In this document: one piece after another, positions 12,961 to 24,918 of the stretch
Numbering within the stretch: the first letter of the stretch is position 1
Layout: the number at the start of each line of letters is the position of its first letter
Origin: Hypanus sabinus
Taxonomy: Eukaryota
Length of the DNA stretch: 64,000 nucleotides
Assembly (NCBI RefSeq): GCF_030144855.1
Contig: NW_026780455.1
Location: 1-64,000 of the forward strand
Direction of reading: 5' to 3'
The notes under the pieces: model-generated
Told to the model about the DNA's origin: nothing
What the model saw: only the letters and a program-made list of their open reading frames with translations
Database searches by the model: none
Translations under genes and position numbers: made by a program

Positions 12961-13171
12961 CTCAACGAGATTGGATTGATTTTTGCATAGTAGAGGACTT
13001 AAGAGTTATCGGGAAAAGACAACAAGGTAGATGTAATCTCTTTCCAGCTGCAGCAATTCAAAACCATCTCTGCTCTATGAAGTGCTATCGATTAACATAA
13101 TTGTTCAGAGAATACTTCCATCCAAATGTGTGTTAATGGTCTTTATTTCCCCCACAGTGAACATGGTGACA

Positions 13172-14349
13172 TCAAGAAGTACAAAAAAACTGGATTAACT
13201 CAGGAGGCAGGGCAGCATCCGTTGAAAGAAGCGGTCAACGTGTCGGGTCGAAACCCTTCGTCAGGACTAAAGAAGGAGGGGATAGGGGCCCGATAAAGAA
13301 GGTGGGGAGGTTGTGCAAAACCGATCAGAGGAAAGATCAAAGGGTGGGGGAGGTGGAGAAGGAATCATTATTGGTAGTAGCAGAACGCATAGTCATGAGA
13401 GGTGAAAGGCAGAAAGTAGAGGTGGGATGGGGAAGGGAGATTAAGTGTATTACTAGAAGTTGGAGAATTCTATGTTCATACCAAGGGACTGGAGACTACA
13501 CAGACGGTATATGAGATGTTGTTCCTCCAACCGGAGTTTTGCCTCATCATCACAGTAGAGGAGGCCATGTGTGGACATATCTGAATGGGAATGAGAGGGA
13601 GAGCTGAAGTGAGTGGCAACCGGGACATCCTGTCTGTTGTGGCGGACGGAGCGTAGGTGCTCGACGAAGCGGTCCCCCAATCTGTGTCGGGTCTCGCCGA
13701 TGGAGAGGAGGCCACACCGGGAGCACCGGATGCAATAGATCACCTCAACAGACTCACAAGTGAAGTGTCGCCTCACCTGGAAGGACTGTTTGGGGCCCTG
13801 AATGCTGGTAAGACATGAAGTGTAGGGACAGGTGTGGCACTTACGCTTGCAGGGATAAGTGCCAAGACGGAGAACTGTGGGGAGGGCAGTGTGGACCAGG
13901 CAGTCAAGGAGGGAGCGATCACTGCGAATAGCAAAGAGGGGTAGAGAGGGAAATACATCATTAATGGTGGGGTCCTGTTGAAGTTGTCGGAAGTTGCGGA
14001 GGATATTATGCAGGATCCGGAGGCTCATGTAGTAGCGGAGGGCTTTGAGTCCTTCTGGATGGGGAATTGAAGTGTATAAGGATTGGACATCCATTGTGAA
14101 AGTGACAGGGCATCTGGAAGTTATTGAAGTGTTGGAGGGCATGTGATGATACCCGGAAGTAAGTAGGGACGGAATGGAGTCGAGGTAGGCAGATACATGT
14201 TCGGTGGGACAGGAGCAGGCTGAAACTATAGGCCTACCAGGACAGTCCGCCTTATGGATCCTGGGGAGGAGCTAAAAGCGAGCAGTGCGGGATATGGGAA
14301 TTATGAGTTTTTTGGCTGAGGATGAAATGTCTCCGGAGTTGATACTCTT
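13172..14349 (-). mobile_element. Penelope-like retroelement (internally deleted RT + GIY-YIG endonuclease) with 14-bp TSD
   Basis: ORF 13453-14142: TMDVQSLYTSIPH (PLE RT) and VIYCIRCSRCGLLSIGET..RLGDRFVEH (GIY-YIG). TGAACATGGTGACA at both 13158-13171 and 14350-14363. Confidence 0.9.
13234..13267 (-). ncRNA. Minimal hammerhead ribozyme motif (type I, PLE-associated; A14>C variant)
   Basis: Minus strand reads GTC-CTGACGA-A-GGGT TTCG ACCC-GACA-CGTT-GAC: CUGANGA core, UUCG-capped stem II, GAAA mutated to GACA, stem I GTC/GAC. Confidence 0.6.
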
Positions 14350-16559
14350 TGAACATGGTGACAATCGTCAGCCTGTCGCGGGGAAAGTGCGGTCTCTCCA
14401 AAGGCGTCAAAAGGTACCTGGTTGACATCGCAGCAGCGGATCAGCTCGTCGTTCTCTTCAAACTGCTATTGGGCATGATTCTGATGACTTACATGCCAGT
14501 TGAGCTTTTACTCTGGTCGTTACGTGTTTCCATCTGTAATATCCACGCTGTCCTGCTCTTCGCCAACACGAACTGTTCTGTCTGGTTCACAGTCACTTTC
14601 ACCTTTAATCGATTTGTCGCCATTTGTTTTCAGAAGCTGAAACGAAAATACTGCACCGGGAGAGCGGCGGCACTGGTTCTGGAGACAGTGATTCTGCTGA
14701 GCTAACTGCAGAATATTTTCTGGTATTTTTTGCTCCATGGGACAGATACGTTGATAATGTCCACCGAGGTGTGTATGCGTCATTTTAGTTTATTCCCGAT
14801 CACAGAGACAACATTTCTAATGATTCCTTCCTTCCTTACTCCAATATTCCCATTTGTCCTCATTCTGCTGCTCAACCGTTTAACCATCAGACACGTCTTC
14901 GTGGCCAGCCGAGTCCGGAGGAATCTCCGTGGTTCGCGCGATGGCGAGTATCCCGCGGACCCGGAGATGAATAACCGCAGGCAATCTCTTCTGTTACTGC
15001 TGGTGATGTCGGGAAATTTCATCCTGCTCTGGGCGCTGCTGACGGTGTGTTCCGTATGGGAAAGCCTGTTTTTTAATGTCGGCTCCATTCCCCCGAATTC
15101 TCTGCTGGAGCTGGGCTACGCGCTGCAACCGCCGAGTTGCTGCACCCTTTACGCCGTGGTCCAGGCCAGGTTCGGGGCGCAGCTGAAGGAGGCGGTGAAA
15201 TCGCCCTTCAGTCTCATGTCAAAGCTTATTCGGCGTTGTCGGGACATCCTTCTTCCTCAGTGACCTGTCTTCCATACCGCCCCAAAATATTCCATTCCTT
15301 CACATCCATTGAGGCTCTGAACTGCCGTGGTTAGCTCCTGCCCTGCACCCTCGATACACTGACAAGTTCGGCGATATCTCCCCAGTCTGCTTTCAGCATT
15401 GCTCCTTCCAGTTTCGTTTCGCCTCTAGTTCCCTATAATGTCTCCCACAGTTGTACCAATTGGGTGATTCGCACTTTCTTTGCATGCCAAACCTTGCCAT
15501 CAAAATCTCAATGCGGAGTTGGAACCTGAGAGATTTCCATGCGGCCCTAATGGCTGCGCGGAATCCCGCAGTATCGCTCAATCTCTTTCCTCCGGCGATG
15601 GTCTAGTGGCTTCAAGATCTGCTGCCATTAATCGGTGCAGGCGGGTCCCTTGCCAAAGACTGACCGGGAACTCCGCTCTCGACTTTGATCTTTGGAGATC
15701 TGTCTGGCTGCCACCGCGAGAACATGTCATTACCTCGCAGTGGAAAAACCACTCATCCCATCGCCGCTCGTTCTTCCCAAGCAGGAATTGCCGTCCCAGA
15801 GCGTTTGGGAAATTAAAAAAAAAATCATGGACACTCAGTGCAGTGGAGGTCCAAACTGTCGATCTGGATTGAGTACTTTGGGTCTGTGGGGAAGGTGACT
15901 GCTGAGGAAAGGGCACCTGAACTTTTTGTATTTATTGAGATTCGGCACGAAATGTGAGATACTGTCAGATGTATGGCTCGAGCATAAACACGTTCGATTC
16001 GTTTGGATACATCAGAGCTTTTCCCCACTGACCCTTCAGGAACAGTGCATTGCGCTGGAGCATTCCAGTTGAGTTGCTGATTGGATCGTATCCTTTCCGA
16101 AACTTCGACAAACATCTTTGTTCGGTTTCCGAGAGTCTGTCATGTTTTTCCTTCTCTGTTTGATCATCCGGTGTTCTCCTCATTTCCCGCCGCTCTCTGT
16201 GACGGCCTAGGTTGCCTCCAACAGTTCAAATGCTAATACATTTATGTTGATAGCTTAATGGGTCACTGAAAATTGTCCCATGATTCGGGCTAGGGGAACG
16301 TGAAACATTTGCCAGTCATGGAAACGGACTGGAATTAAGGCATTTGAGAAGGACACGACCCGGGAGGCTTATCCATAAGACCGAGTTGCAGGAGAGAGCA
16401 TGAAATTTAATTTGCTCCGGCAATAGAGGGCGGAAAGCAGTGGTTGAGAGCAGCGATTCTGCATGTGACAAGTGCTGGAGATGTTCTGACGTTTGACTTG
16501 GATGAAAATAGGCATGATTCATTAATATGCTTGTGGACGACACAAAACGTGATGGCGAA

Positions 16560-16770
16560 GAGGTGGAGTTCGCACTGCACTGTCAACACCGGGTACAACA
16601 GGCGACACCGGCAGACTGGCGGGTGAAGTGTCACCTCAGCAGAAAGGCCGGTTTGGGACCCTGAGCGTTTGTGCGGGAGAATCTGTGCGGGCCGTCGCAG
16701 CGCTGGACTCGCTTGCAGGGTTCAGCGCCAGGAGGGAGATGAGTGTGGAGTCATTTAAAGCTGCTAGATC
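16560..16770 (-). mobile_element. Degraded Penelope GIY-YIG fragment (inverted paralogue at ~34790-35050)
   Basis: gtgaagtgtcacctcagcagaaaggccggtttgggacc resembles 13760-13800 of the Penelope insert. Confidence 0.5.
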
Positions 16771-16879
16771 GGGATCGGAAACGGTAATGCGGTAATATAA
16801 ATGCAAACAGTGTATAGCTTCTTGTACCGTCTGTTAAGATTTTATTTTTATATAACTAAACTGAATGTGGTCCAGTCTA

Positions 16880-17930
16880 TCACGGATAAAACCCTCCTCA
16901 TTATTGAGTACATCCGCAAGGACACGCAGTAGCAGGAAAGCAAAATCCATCATCCGGGATCCCCACACCCCAGGCTATGCTCCCCTCATGCTTTTGCCAT
17001 CTGGACGGAGCTGCAGGGGCGTTAGAACTCACACGACCATGATTAAAACAGTTAATACACTTCTAAAATGCGCCCTTTGTACCAGAATCGAGAATTTCAC
17101 TCACTCTCACTAGTCACAACATTGACGCTCACCCGTGAGGTATGGACTAATTTTCAAGGGCTCCTGATCTGATGTTCTCGGCAGTCATTGCCTATTTATA
17201 TTTTATATTATTTGTATTTTTTTTTAAATCTCAGCTGCTGAGGGACTCATTGCTCAATTACTCGGAACACAGAACAGTGCAGGGTAAGAACCAGTTACAA
17301 ATCAAATTGAAAATACCGAAGACCTCATCTGCCCTCCCTCCGCAATATCCACATCTCTCCAGCTTCTTTACATTCATAACACTACGCAGAGGTCTCAAAA
17401 AAGCATCGAAATTATTTACCTGCACCTCCGTACCAGGCAGCGCATTCCACTTATCCAGGGCTCTTAGAGTAAAATATACTATCCCTCACTTCCCGCTTGA
17501 AACCACTTCCTCTCATCTTCAATGCATGCCCTCTGCTATTAGATTTTTCAAAACTGGTGTACAGATGCTCCCTATTTACTCTATCTGTGTCTCTCATAAT
17601 CGTATAATCCTCTGCTAAATCTCCCCTCAGCCTCGGGCGCTACAGAGAAAACAATACTTTTGTCCAGCCTCTCGTCATCACACATCTCATCTGAAACAGG
17701 CCAATTAGCAGGAAAGCAACATCCATCATCCGGGATACCATCCATCCAGGCCCTGCTCTCTTCACCGCGCTGCCATCTGAAAGAAGCTACAGGGGTGTTA
17801 GCACTCACACCTCGCGATCAAAACAGTTAGTACACCTCAAAAATTCGCCTTTTGTACCAGGGGGGTGAGATTCACACAACCTCACTGACCCCGACAATGA
17901 TCTGCACCCATGAGGAATGGACTCAGTAGA
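16880..17930 (+). mobile_element. Rex1/Babar-type LINE 3' fragments interleaved with a minus-strand CR1 piece
   Basis: Two copies of a SIIRDPHTPGYA-type tail (~16940, ~17720). CR1-like 17270-17690. Confidence 0.5.
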
Positions 17931-17955
17931 GCTATCCCTCACATCCCGCTTGAAA

Positions 17956-18216
17956 CTACTTCCACTCCCCTTCGACGCATGTCCTCTGCTATTACATAAT
18001 TGTGAAAGGCCGTGATATGAAAATACTTCCTCTCCCCTTCGATGCATGCCCTCTGCTATTACATAATTGTGAAAGGCCGTGATATGAAAATACTTCCTCT
18101 CCCCTTCGACGCATGTCCTCTGCTTTAGATAATTGTGAAAGGCCGTGATATGAAAATACTTCCTCTCCCCTTCGATGCATGTCCTCTGCTTTAGATAATT
18201 GTGAAAGGTCGTGATA
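17956..18216. repeat. Minisatellite, 66-67 bp unit x ~4
   Basis: CCCCTTCGA recurs at 17967, 18034, 18101 and 18167. Confidence 0.95.
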
Positions 18217-19246
18217 GAGTGGATGCAGCAGTTTGTTTCCTCCGGTAACAGAGACCAATACCAGAGGTCACATCTCACAATACAGGGGGCGTCCATTTTA
18301 GATCGGGGATGAGGAGAGGCTTATTCAAACAAGAACTGGTTAAACTTTGAAATTTATGCCACAGGCAGCTGTCGAGGCCATTGTGTATATTCAAGGTCGA
18401 CGTTGATAGGTTCCTGATTGGTTCGATCATGAAGAGAAATGCGGAGAATTCAGAACCTGAGAGATTAGTGGAAAATTGTGTTAGTCTTTATGAAATGGTG
18501 GAGCATACTCAATGGGCGAAACTGTCTAATTCGGCTCCTATATTGTTTGGCTTTATAATAAGATGCATAGTTGAACAGAGAGCAGAGGAAGCTGAGGCAA
18601 AACAGCAGAATTAGAACATTCGCGACCATCGAGCCTTCTAGACTTTCCATGAAGCATCTTTTCAATTCCCGCCTTCTGTCTTCTCAACTTCCTTCCGAAA
18701 CACCGCATTGAATTTACCCAATGACGAGGCTTTCTCAGCCGTCAGGGTCAGGGAACTATTTAGATTATCCGCTCGATGGCTGTTAAAATTCCACCTCATC
18801 CCCGTTCTAAATGGATCAGTCTGTTCTGACGTTTCTGTGCTCTGTTCCCAGATTCCTACACATCCTCTCTATCTTGGTTCTTTTCACATTCGATAGAATT
18901 CAATGAGGATCCCCAGCTCCCCTCATTCTTGTTATCTCCATCGTGTACTGGCCTAGATCTTTAATCATTAAACTTTAATTTCCGGGGTCATTATCGTGAT
19001 CCTCCACTGGGCCCAAGAAAAATGCCTTTTGAACTGTTTTGGAAGGAGTGCGTGTTGACGGGACTGGGGTGGGTGGGTGTACAAGTGGAATCCTCTGAAA
19101 TTGATTTAGATGCTAGTCAAAACTAAAATGGTGTCTCATCGGCTTACATATCAGGGGGAGATTGAAAATCTCACTGAATAGATCCACACAACATCCTCTC
19201 GCTCGAAGCCAGCAGAACCGAGGATCCATCAGCCGATTTTCGTTAG

Positions 19247-19353
19247 GGTATCAGAGGTGGCAAGGGGCGGGAAACGTAAATTCCTGACTGTTATGGTATC
19301 AGAGGTGGCAAGGGGCGGGAAACGTAAATTCCTGACTGTTATGGTATCAGAGG
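19247..19353. repeat. Perfect 48-bp tandem duplication
   Basis: GGTATCAGAGG at 19247, 19295 and 19343. Confidence 0.95.
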
Positions 19354-19479
19354 ATCCGTTCTGGGTCAATCGCAGAAGTCATTAGGAAGAAGGAAAGACA
19401 ATACCTTTACTGTCTGACAAACACCTTTTCATGGCCTGTAAAACGTTCAGAAACCTCTACCCATGCACTGTCAAGAAGA

Positions 19480-20095
19480 CGATGAATGATTACGTCACGC
19501 CCTGTTATCGGTAAACCTGTGCACAGGAACAGAAAAACCTCGGGCCCAGTCCATCACAGTAACAGCCTTCCCCACTACTGAGCACATCTTCAAGGAGCGT
19601 AACCTGAAAACTGCAGCATCGATTATCCAGGACCTCCCCCATCCAGGGCATGCTTTCTTCTCGCTGCTGTCATCGGGAAGGAGGGAAGGGAGCAACATTT
19701 CCCACATAACAGCTTTGCACACAGTTGTTACCCTACAAACAGCGGGCTCATGAAACAGTCTGACTGACCTCATTAACTTCAATTCCGACATGCTTCCACA
19801 AACTATTGAATCGCTTTCGAGAACTCTACAACACATGTTCTATGTGTTTGTTTTTGTCTGTCCACCAGTCTAATTGTCTATCTATCCAGCCATTCATTCG
19901 TTCCTCATTCGTATATTTTATGTTTGCTCAGTTTGTCAGCTATTGCACATTTGTTGTTTGCATAGTACCATTGTCACACAGCACTACGATGTTTCAATTG
20001 CTCTTCTCGGTTGTGCTTTGGATGCCAGTAAGAAAAGTAACCTCAAGGCAGTATTTAGTAACATAACTGAGAATGATAATAAAATTAATCTGACT
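19480..20095 (+). mobile_element. Rex1/Babar-type LINE 3' fragment
   Basis: AQSITVTAFPTTEHIFKER..AASIIQDLPHPGHAFFSLLSSG. Paralogue at ~43900-44320 (-). Confidence 0.6.
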
Positions 20096-21622
20096 GATAC
20101 GTGACCACATGATCAGTGATCCGACTGACAAAGAGATTGAGAGTTCGGAGTTCACAGTTGAACATGTTGATAGATAGGACATTGATGTAACACGGGGAGA
20201 GAATACAGCACAGTGGGAAGATCACGTGGTCGAGAGAAATCGTGGCAGTGTGTTCCCTCGTGAGAAGAATAGACTAGAGTCTGGGGCAGGAGACGGGAGT
20301 CTACTAGGCTGTGCTCTTCAATCGTCCAGCCAATACGTGATTTGCAGAAGGGCTTCAGTAAGTTCTGAAGGTAAATGGCACAGACAAAAGCAAAACAACT
20401 GTAAAAAAACAGAGACATGCGAATAACATATTCAGACAGTCAAAAAGAAATTATCTTAAAGATGAAAATTTCATGAATAAAAAACCGAACTAAGCAAGAA
20501 AGGTAGGAAAACAATTACTGGCAGCCTGCCAGGTTATTGTCGAAGATTGCTTGCTATCCAATTAGTATGGTAGATTTAGGGAGAGCTTTCCGTGGCGAGG
20601 GACTTTTTATTACGAGGTCCAGTTTCTTGCTAGGATGCTAATAGAATTATAACCATGGCAGAATCGATGAAAGACTGCACCCACTTTGGCGTTCAACCGG
20701 TAAGAGTAGGAACAGCAGCTCGGAACTTTCAGAATATCCCGATGATGTTTAACATTGCGGCCCTCTGGAGATGTCCATAAACATTACTGCGTAGGCTCTT
20801 TTCTGATAAGACAGCGCTGACCAGTGGAATTCCACAGCACTCGGTGTTGTGATCACTTCTTATCCCGTTGAACGTCAATGATTTGAATAAAGGGTTTGAT
20901 TGTTTTGTGACAGGATTTGCTGATCCTGCGAAGATAGATGCAAGGAAAGGTAGAGCTGAGCAAGCAGGGTGCTTTCAGATGGAATTGGACAGACTAGAAT
21001 AATAGGAAAATAATTTGCAGAAGGAATATAATGTAGCTAAGTGCCCAGACTTTCTCTTGGGCGGACGAAATAAAGGCGTGGACTATTTTAACAACGGGAG
21101 AAAATTGAAGGGAGCGGACGTGCTGAGTCCCATGGGAGGATTTCCCACAGGAAATATGCAGGAAGGTGAGGATCATAAATGTAATGTCAGCATCCATCTG
21201 CAGAGGACAGGAATATAAAAAACACTCTTTCGCAACCTATTAATCTGTAAAATCTTCATGGTTCCGGCCTGATATCCACGTGGCATGGGTAGCAACCCCG
21301 AGATCAAAACTCTGCCGACCCGGCCCTTTACCTTTGCTCTTAACACCTTGAACTAATTGTGAGGATCATCGTCACTCATGTCATTGGCACCGACACAGAC
21401 CACGAAAACCGGCTGTTCATCCTCGCACTTAAGAATGCTGTAGACTGGATCCGAGATATCCACGATGTCGTCGCCGACAGAACTTCCTGTCTGCACCACT
21501 AACTAACGGATATCCTATTACTACTGAGTGCCTTCCGCATCCCCCCACACACACCGCCCACTTCCCTTCTTAGTCACAGCGGGAAACTGAGTATCAGAGA
21601 CCCGAGTACTGTGACTGAACTC

Positions 21623-22105
21623 TGTGAGGGCGCTGGATCAGGGATCCAATCGCAGACCCTGCACTGTGCACACTGTGATATTTATTGAGTAACAAATCCC
21701 AAGGTGCAAACAAAGCCGCGAGCTGAACACAGCGTTCAGGCAGAGATCAAAACCAGACAGAGAAATCCAAAAACCAGAAACGGGTAACGGGCAGAGTCGG
21801 TATTCAGACGGACAGAGTACAAATAAGAATGTTGCAAAAGCACAGGAAAATTTACTGGCACACTTTGACAACCAACAGGTGAGAACAGAGTCCTGAAATA
21901 CACAGAGTAATAAACAGAGAAGCAAATGATAGGTAGAACACAATGAGACAGAAGTTGCAGCAAGACAGGTCATAATGTGAAACTGATGAGAGACGGAGTA
22001 CTCAGTAATACAGGGACCGGAATAAAGTGGGATCGAGGACAGAAGCACATGGGGCAAGAAAACAAACAAGAGCACGTGGCAATACAAAGCCACAGACTGA
22101 CGGCT
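21623..22105. mobile_element. LTR-like element shared by both inverted arms (paralogue ~41885-42360)
   Basis: ~480 bp purine-skewed insert starting TGTGAGGG. Absent from the homologous region near 2270. Confidence 0.4.
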
Positions 22106-22769
22106 TGGCGGAAAACACACATGAAAAAAAAAACACCAAGTTCAATTAGAATTACTGACACCCGTTCAGACGTGACTGCAACCTGACTGTAATACTGTTT
22201 CACTGCCTCTCTGACTGTCCCGACTATCAAGTCGCCAGCGTCCCGAATGAATCTGGAACTCGTCCATTTCCAGCTCCCCCTCCTGAACGTGGATTTTTTA
22301 GAAGCTGCAGCTGACTGCACCTCTCGCAGCTGTAGTTGTCAGGGACACTGGAGGACGCCATCACTTCTCTCATCCCGCAAAGGAGCAATAAACTATCCTG
22401 CCTGGCATCTCTGGTACCCCATCTGAACAGATATAAATAAGAGAATGTCCCTCGTAATCACCCTTTTCATTGGTACGTACATTGGCCACGACGTCTTGCT
22501 ATTCAGCCTTCCACATGAGAGAACTTAGTTCAAAAAGATATCCTGGACGTCGCCCAGAGACCCTCCTGTCGCTTCCCGTAATAATGAGTCCCTTATCACC
22601 AGAGTGTGCTGTACCCCTTCCCCCTACTCCCACACCACATTCCCTTGTTTCAACTATTAGCTTCCAATACCGTAAACACGCATGCTCCGTTATCATTGGT
22701 CTACAGCTACCTGCATATGTATTTCAATAAGTTTATCAATGTTGTGTCCCCTTACAGATTTGACGCTCA

Positions 22770-22973
22770 ACCAATGACAGCCGACTGCTGGGATTACTGG
22801 GTACACCTCCAACCAGCATATGTGTTGCTTCTCTGAAGGTCTGCAAGGGTTAACTTCACATGTTATTCCGTAGAACTTAATGAAGTCCGTGGGGATTGTC
22901 GACGTCAAAGTGGAGATGTGTCTGCTGGTTGACTAGTCTATTAATATGTCTCCCTCACAACGACAGCTTCAGT
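22770..22973 (+). promoter_or_regulatory. Putative core promoter of GPCR copy 3
   Basis: GACGTCA at ~22900, TATTAAT at 22939, and TCAGT with its A at 22971 (32 nt after the TATA T). Confidence 0.5.
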
Positions 22974-23068
22974 CAGAGCCGCCAGTCTACGCCATCAGAT
23001 ACCAGCGGGCTCCAGATAGAGACAGGACAGTGGCTGAATTTGGAACGGGAATCTGGAATATCCCAGCA

Positions 23069-23249
23069 ATGGATCATAACCTGCGAAATGCATCGCGGAA
23101 TGCGGCGGGAATGGTGAAAAATAATTTCTGGTTTTTTCAATATCTTGTTGAAAATTATGAGAGGCTGTCGTTGAATTCTCGAATCATGTATGCTCTTTGG
23201 ACCATCCAACTGATTTACTATCCTCTACTCGCCATTGTAGCTGTTCCTG
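23069..23249 (+). CDS. GPR139/GPR142-like class A GPCR copy 3 (intact), exon 1
   Basis: gcaATGG start; MDHNLRNAS...YYPLLAIVAVP+G; donor GTTAGT at 23250, phase 1. Confidence 0.85.
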
Positions 23250-23974
23250 GTTAGTGTCTCGTCTAGTCCTCTTGATTATCGTTTAAAATGTGTCAGCTTC
23301 CCTTTCATACCTGTCCTCTAACGACGCGTTAATTGCATAGCTTCTTACTCAAACCGATATTGCTTTCTCAATCTTCGGCCGAGTGTATTTGATAAGGTAA
23401 CCTATACAAAGCTTACAGAGCAAGTAAAAAGTCACGTGCTGCAAGGGAACATTGCTTTAAAAGTCTGGAAATGCCTGTAGAATGCTGTTATATAACCACA
23501 GTTTGAACATGGGACAGTGGGATAATATAATAGTCCAGTGAGTGTGATGATGTACTGGTCTTGTGAGTGGGATGCTGTAACTGTCTCTTGACCGTGGGCG
23601 GATGTTTGTCACTTGATGGCATGTTCCAAGCCGTATTTAAACCAACCCGCGTTTTATGACGCTGCTCTCATTTCATTTTGAAGCAACATTGTTGCTGGTG
23701 GTCAGTGGTGTGAGGTTCCACCGGTGTTGCTTGTTGCACGTTTATTATTCCCTTAAAATCCAGAATCACAGAGTGAAGGTATTGCCGGAGTTACCCGAGT
23801 ACAAAGGATTGGAGAAAGTTAATGTCGTTTTGCGTTTTCGGGAATGATAGTCCTTTGACTTCGTTCAGGAATTGTGGCATGCGTATTCGAGTTAAACCCC
23901 TGCAAGGTCGGGAAGTTTTGTGCAGTGCCCACCCTCCAGTCAAAAGGTCATTTCTATTTATTTCCTCGTGAAAC

Positions 23975-24771
23975 TACCTGCGTCTCAATGTCAACAAGAC
24001 CAAGGAGATTGTGGTGGACCTTAGGAGATCTAGGCCTCATATGGAATCAGTGATCATTGTTGGAGGATGTGTGGTGCAGGTTAACACCTACGAGTATCTG
24101 GGAGTGCAGCTAGACGCGAAGCTAGACTGGACTGCCAACACAGATGCCCTCAGCAGGAAAGCACAGAGTCGACTGTACTTCCTCAGAAGGCTGGAGTCAT
24201 TCAATGTTTTTAGTGAGATATTGAAGATGTTCTATCGGTCCGTTGTGGAGAGCGCCCTCTTCTCTGTGGTGTTGTGCTGGGGCGGCAGCATTAAGACGCC
24301 TCACGTCTTAATAAGCTGGTAAGGAAGGCGGGCTCTGTCGCGGGCACAGAACTGGAGAGTATGACATCGGTGGCAGAGCGGAGGGCGCTGAGTTGGCTAC
24401 GGTCAATCATGGGAAACCCTGAACATCCTCTGCACCGCACCATCCAGAGACAGAGAAGCAGCTTCAGCGGCAGGTTGCTGTCAATGCAATGCTCCTCAGA
24501 CAGGATGTTGAGATCATTACTCCCCAACGCCATTCGGCTCTACAATTCAACCACCAGGGGCAAGACATGTTAAAGTGCCGGGGTTAGGACTGAGCTTAAC
24601 TTACCACTCAATGCACTTTAGTAAACTATTTAAGAACTTTTAAAAAGCTATTTATTAATGATTTTTTGGAGGGTGATTTTAGATGCATACCATATTTATA
24701 CGGAGTTAAATACTGTATGTAATTAGTTTTGCTACAATAAGCGTATGGGACACTGGAAAAATGTTGAATTT
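23975..24771 (+). mobile_element. Rex1/Babar LINE 3' fragment (RT C-terminal region)
   Basis: LNVNKTKEIVVD..YEYLGVQLDAKLDW..KAQSRLYFLRRL..MFYRSVVESAL..CWGG. Confidence 0.8.
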
Positions 24772-24918
24772 NNNNNNNNNNNNNNNNNNNNNNNNNNNNN
24801 NNNNNNNNNNNNNNNNNNNNNNNNNNNNNNNNNNNNNNNNNNNNNNNNNNNNNNNNNNNNNNNNNNNNNNNNNNNNNNNNNNNNNNNNNNNNNNNNNNNN
24901 NNNNNNNNNNNNNNNNNN
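24772..24918. other. Assembly gap (N run)
   Basis: Run of N. Confidence 1.

Larger units (their letters stand above)
13158..15263 (+). pseudogene. GPR139-like GPCR copy 2, orphan exon 2 disrupted by a Penelope insertion
   Basis: Acceptor cacAG at 13157 and insertion at 13172-14349. Coding resumes at 14350. TAA at 14703-14705, DRF>NRF, 9-nt deletion in TM7 (CCT---LY), stop ends at 15263. No exon 1 seen between 8961 and 13157. Confidence 0.9.

Noticed and set aside
17956-18216. CRISPR-like array
   Set aside because: Eukaryotic context and head-to-tail units without unique spacers: a minisatellite.
22946-23068. 41-aa N-terminal extension (MSPSQRQ..) in copies 3 and 4
   Set aside because: The ATG abuts the TATA-like box upstream of the predicted TSS, and the extension is not preserved in frame in copies 1 and 5.
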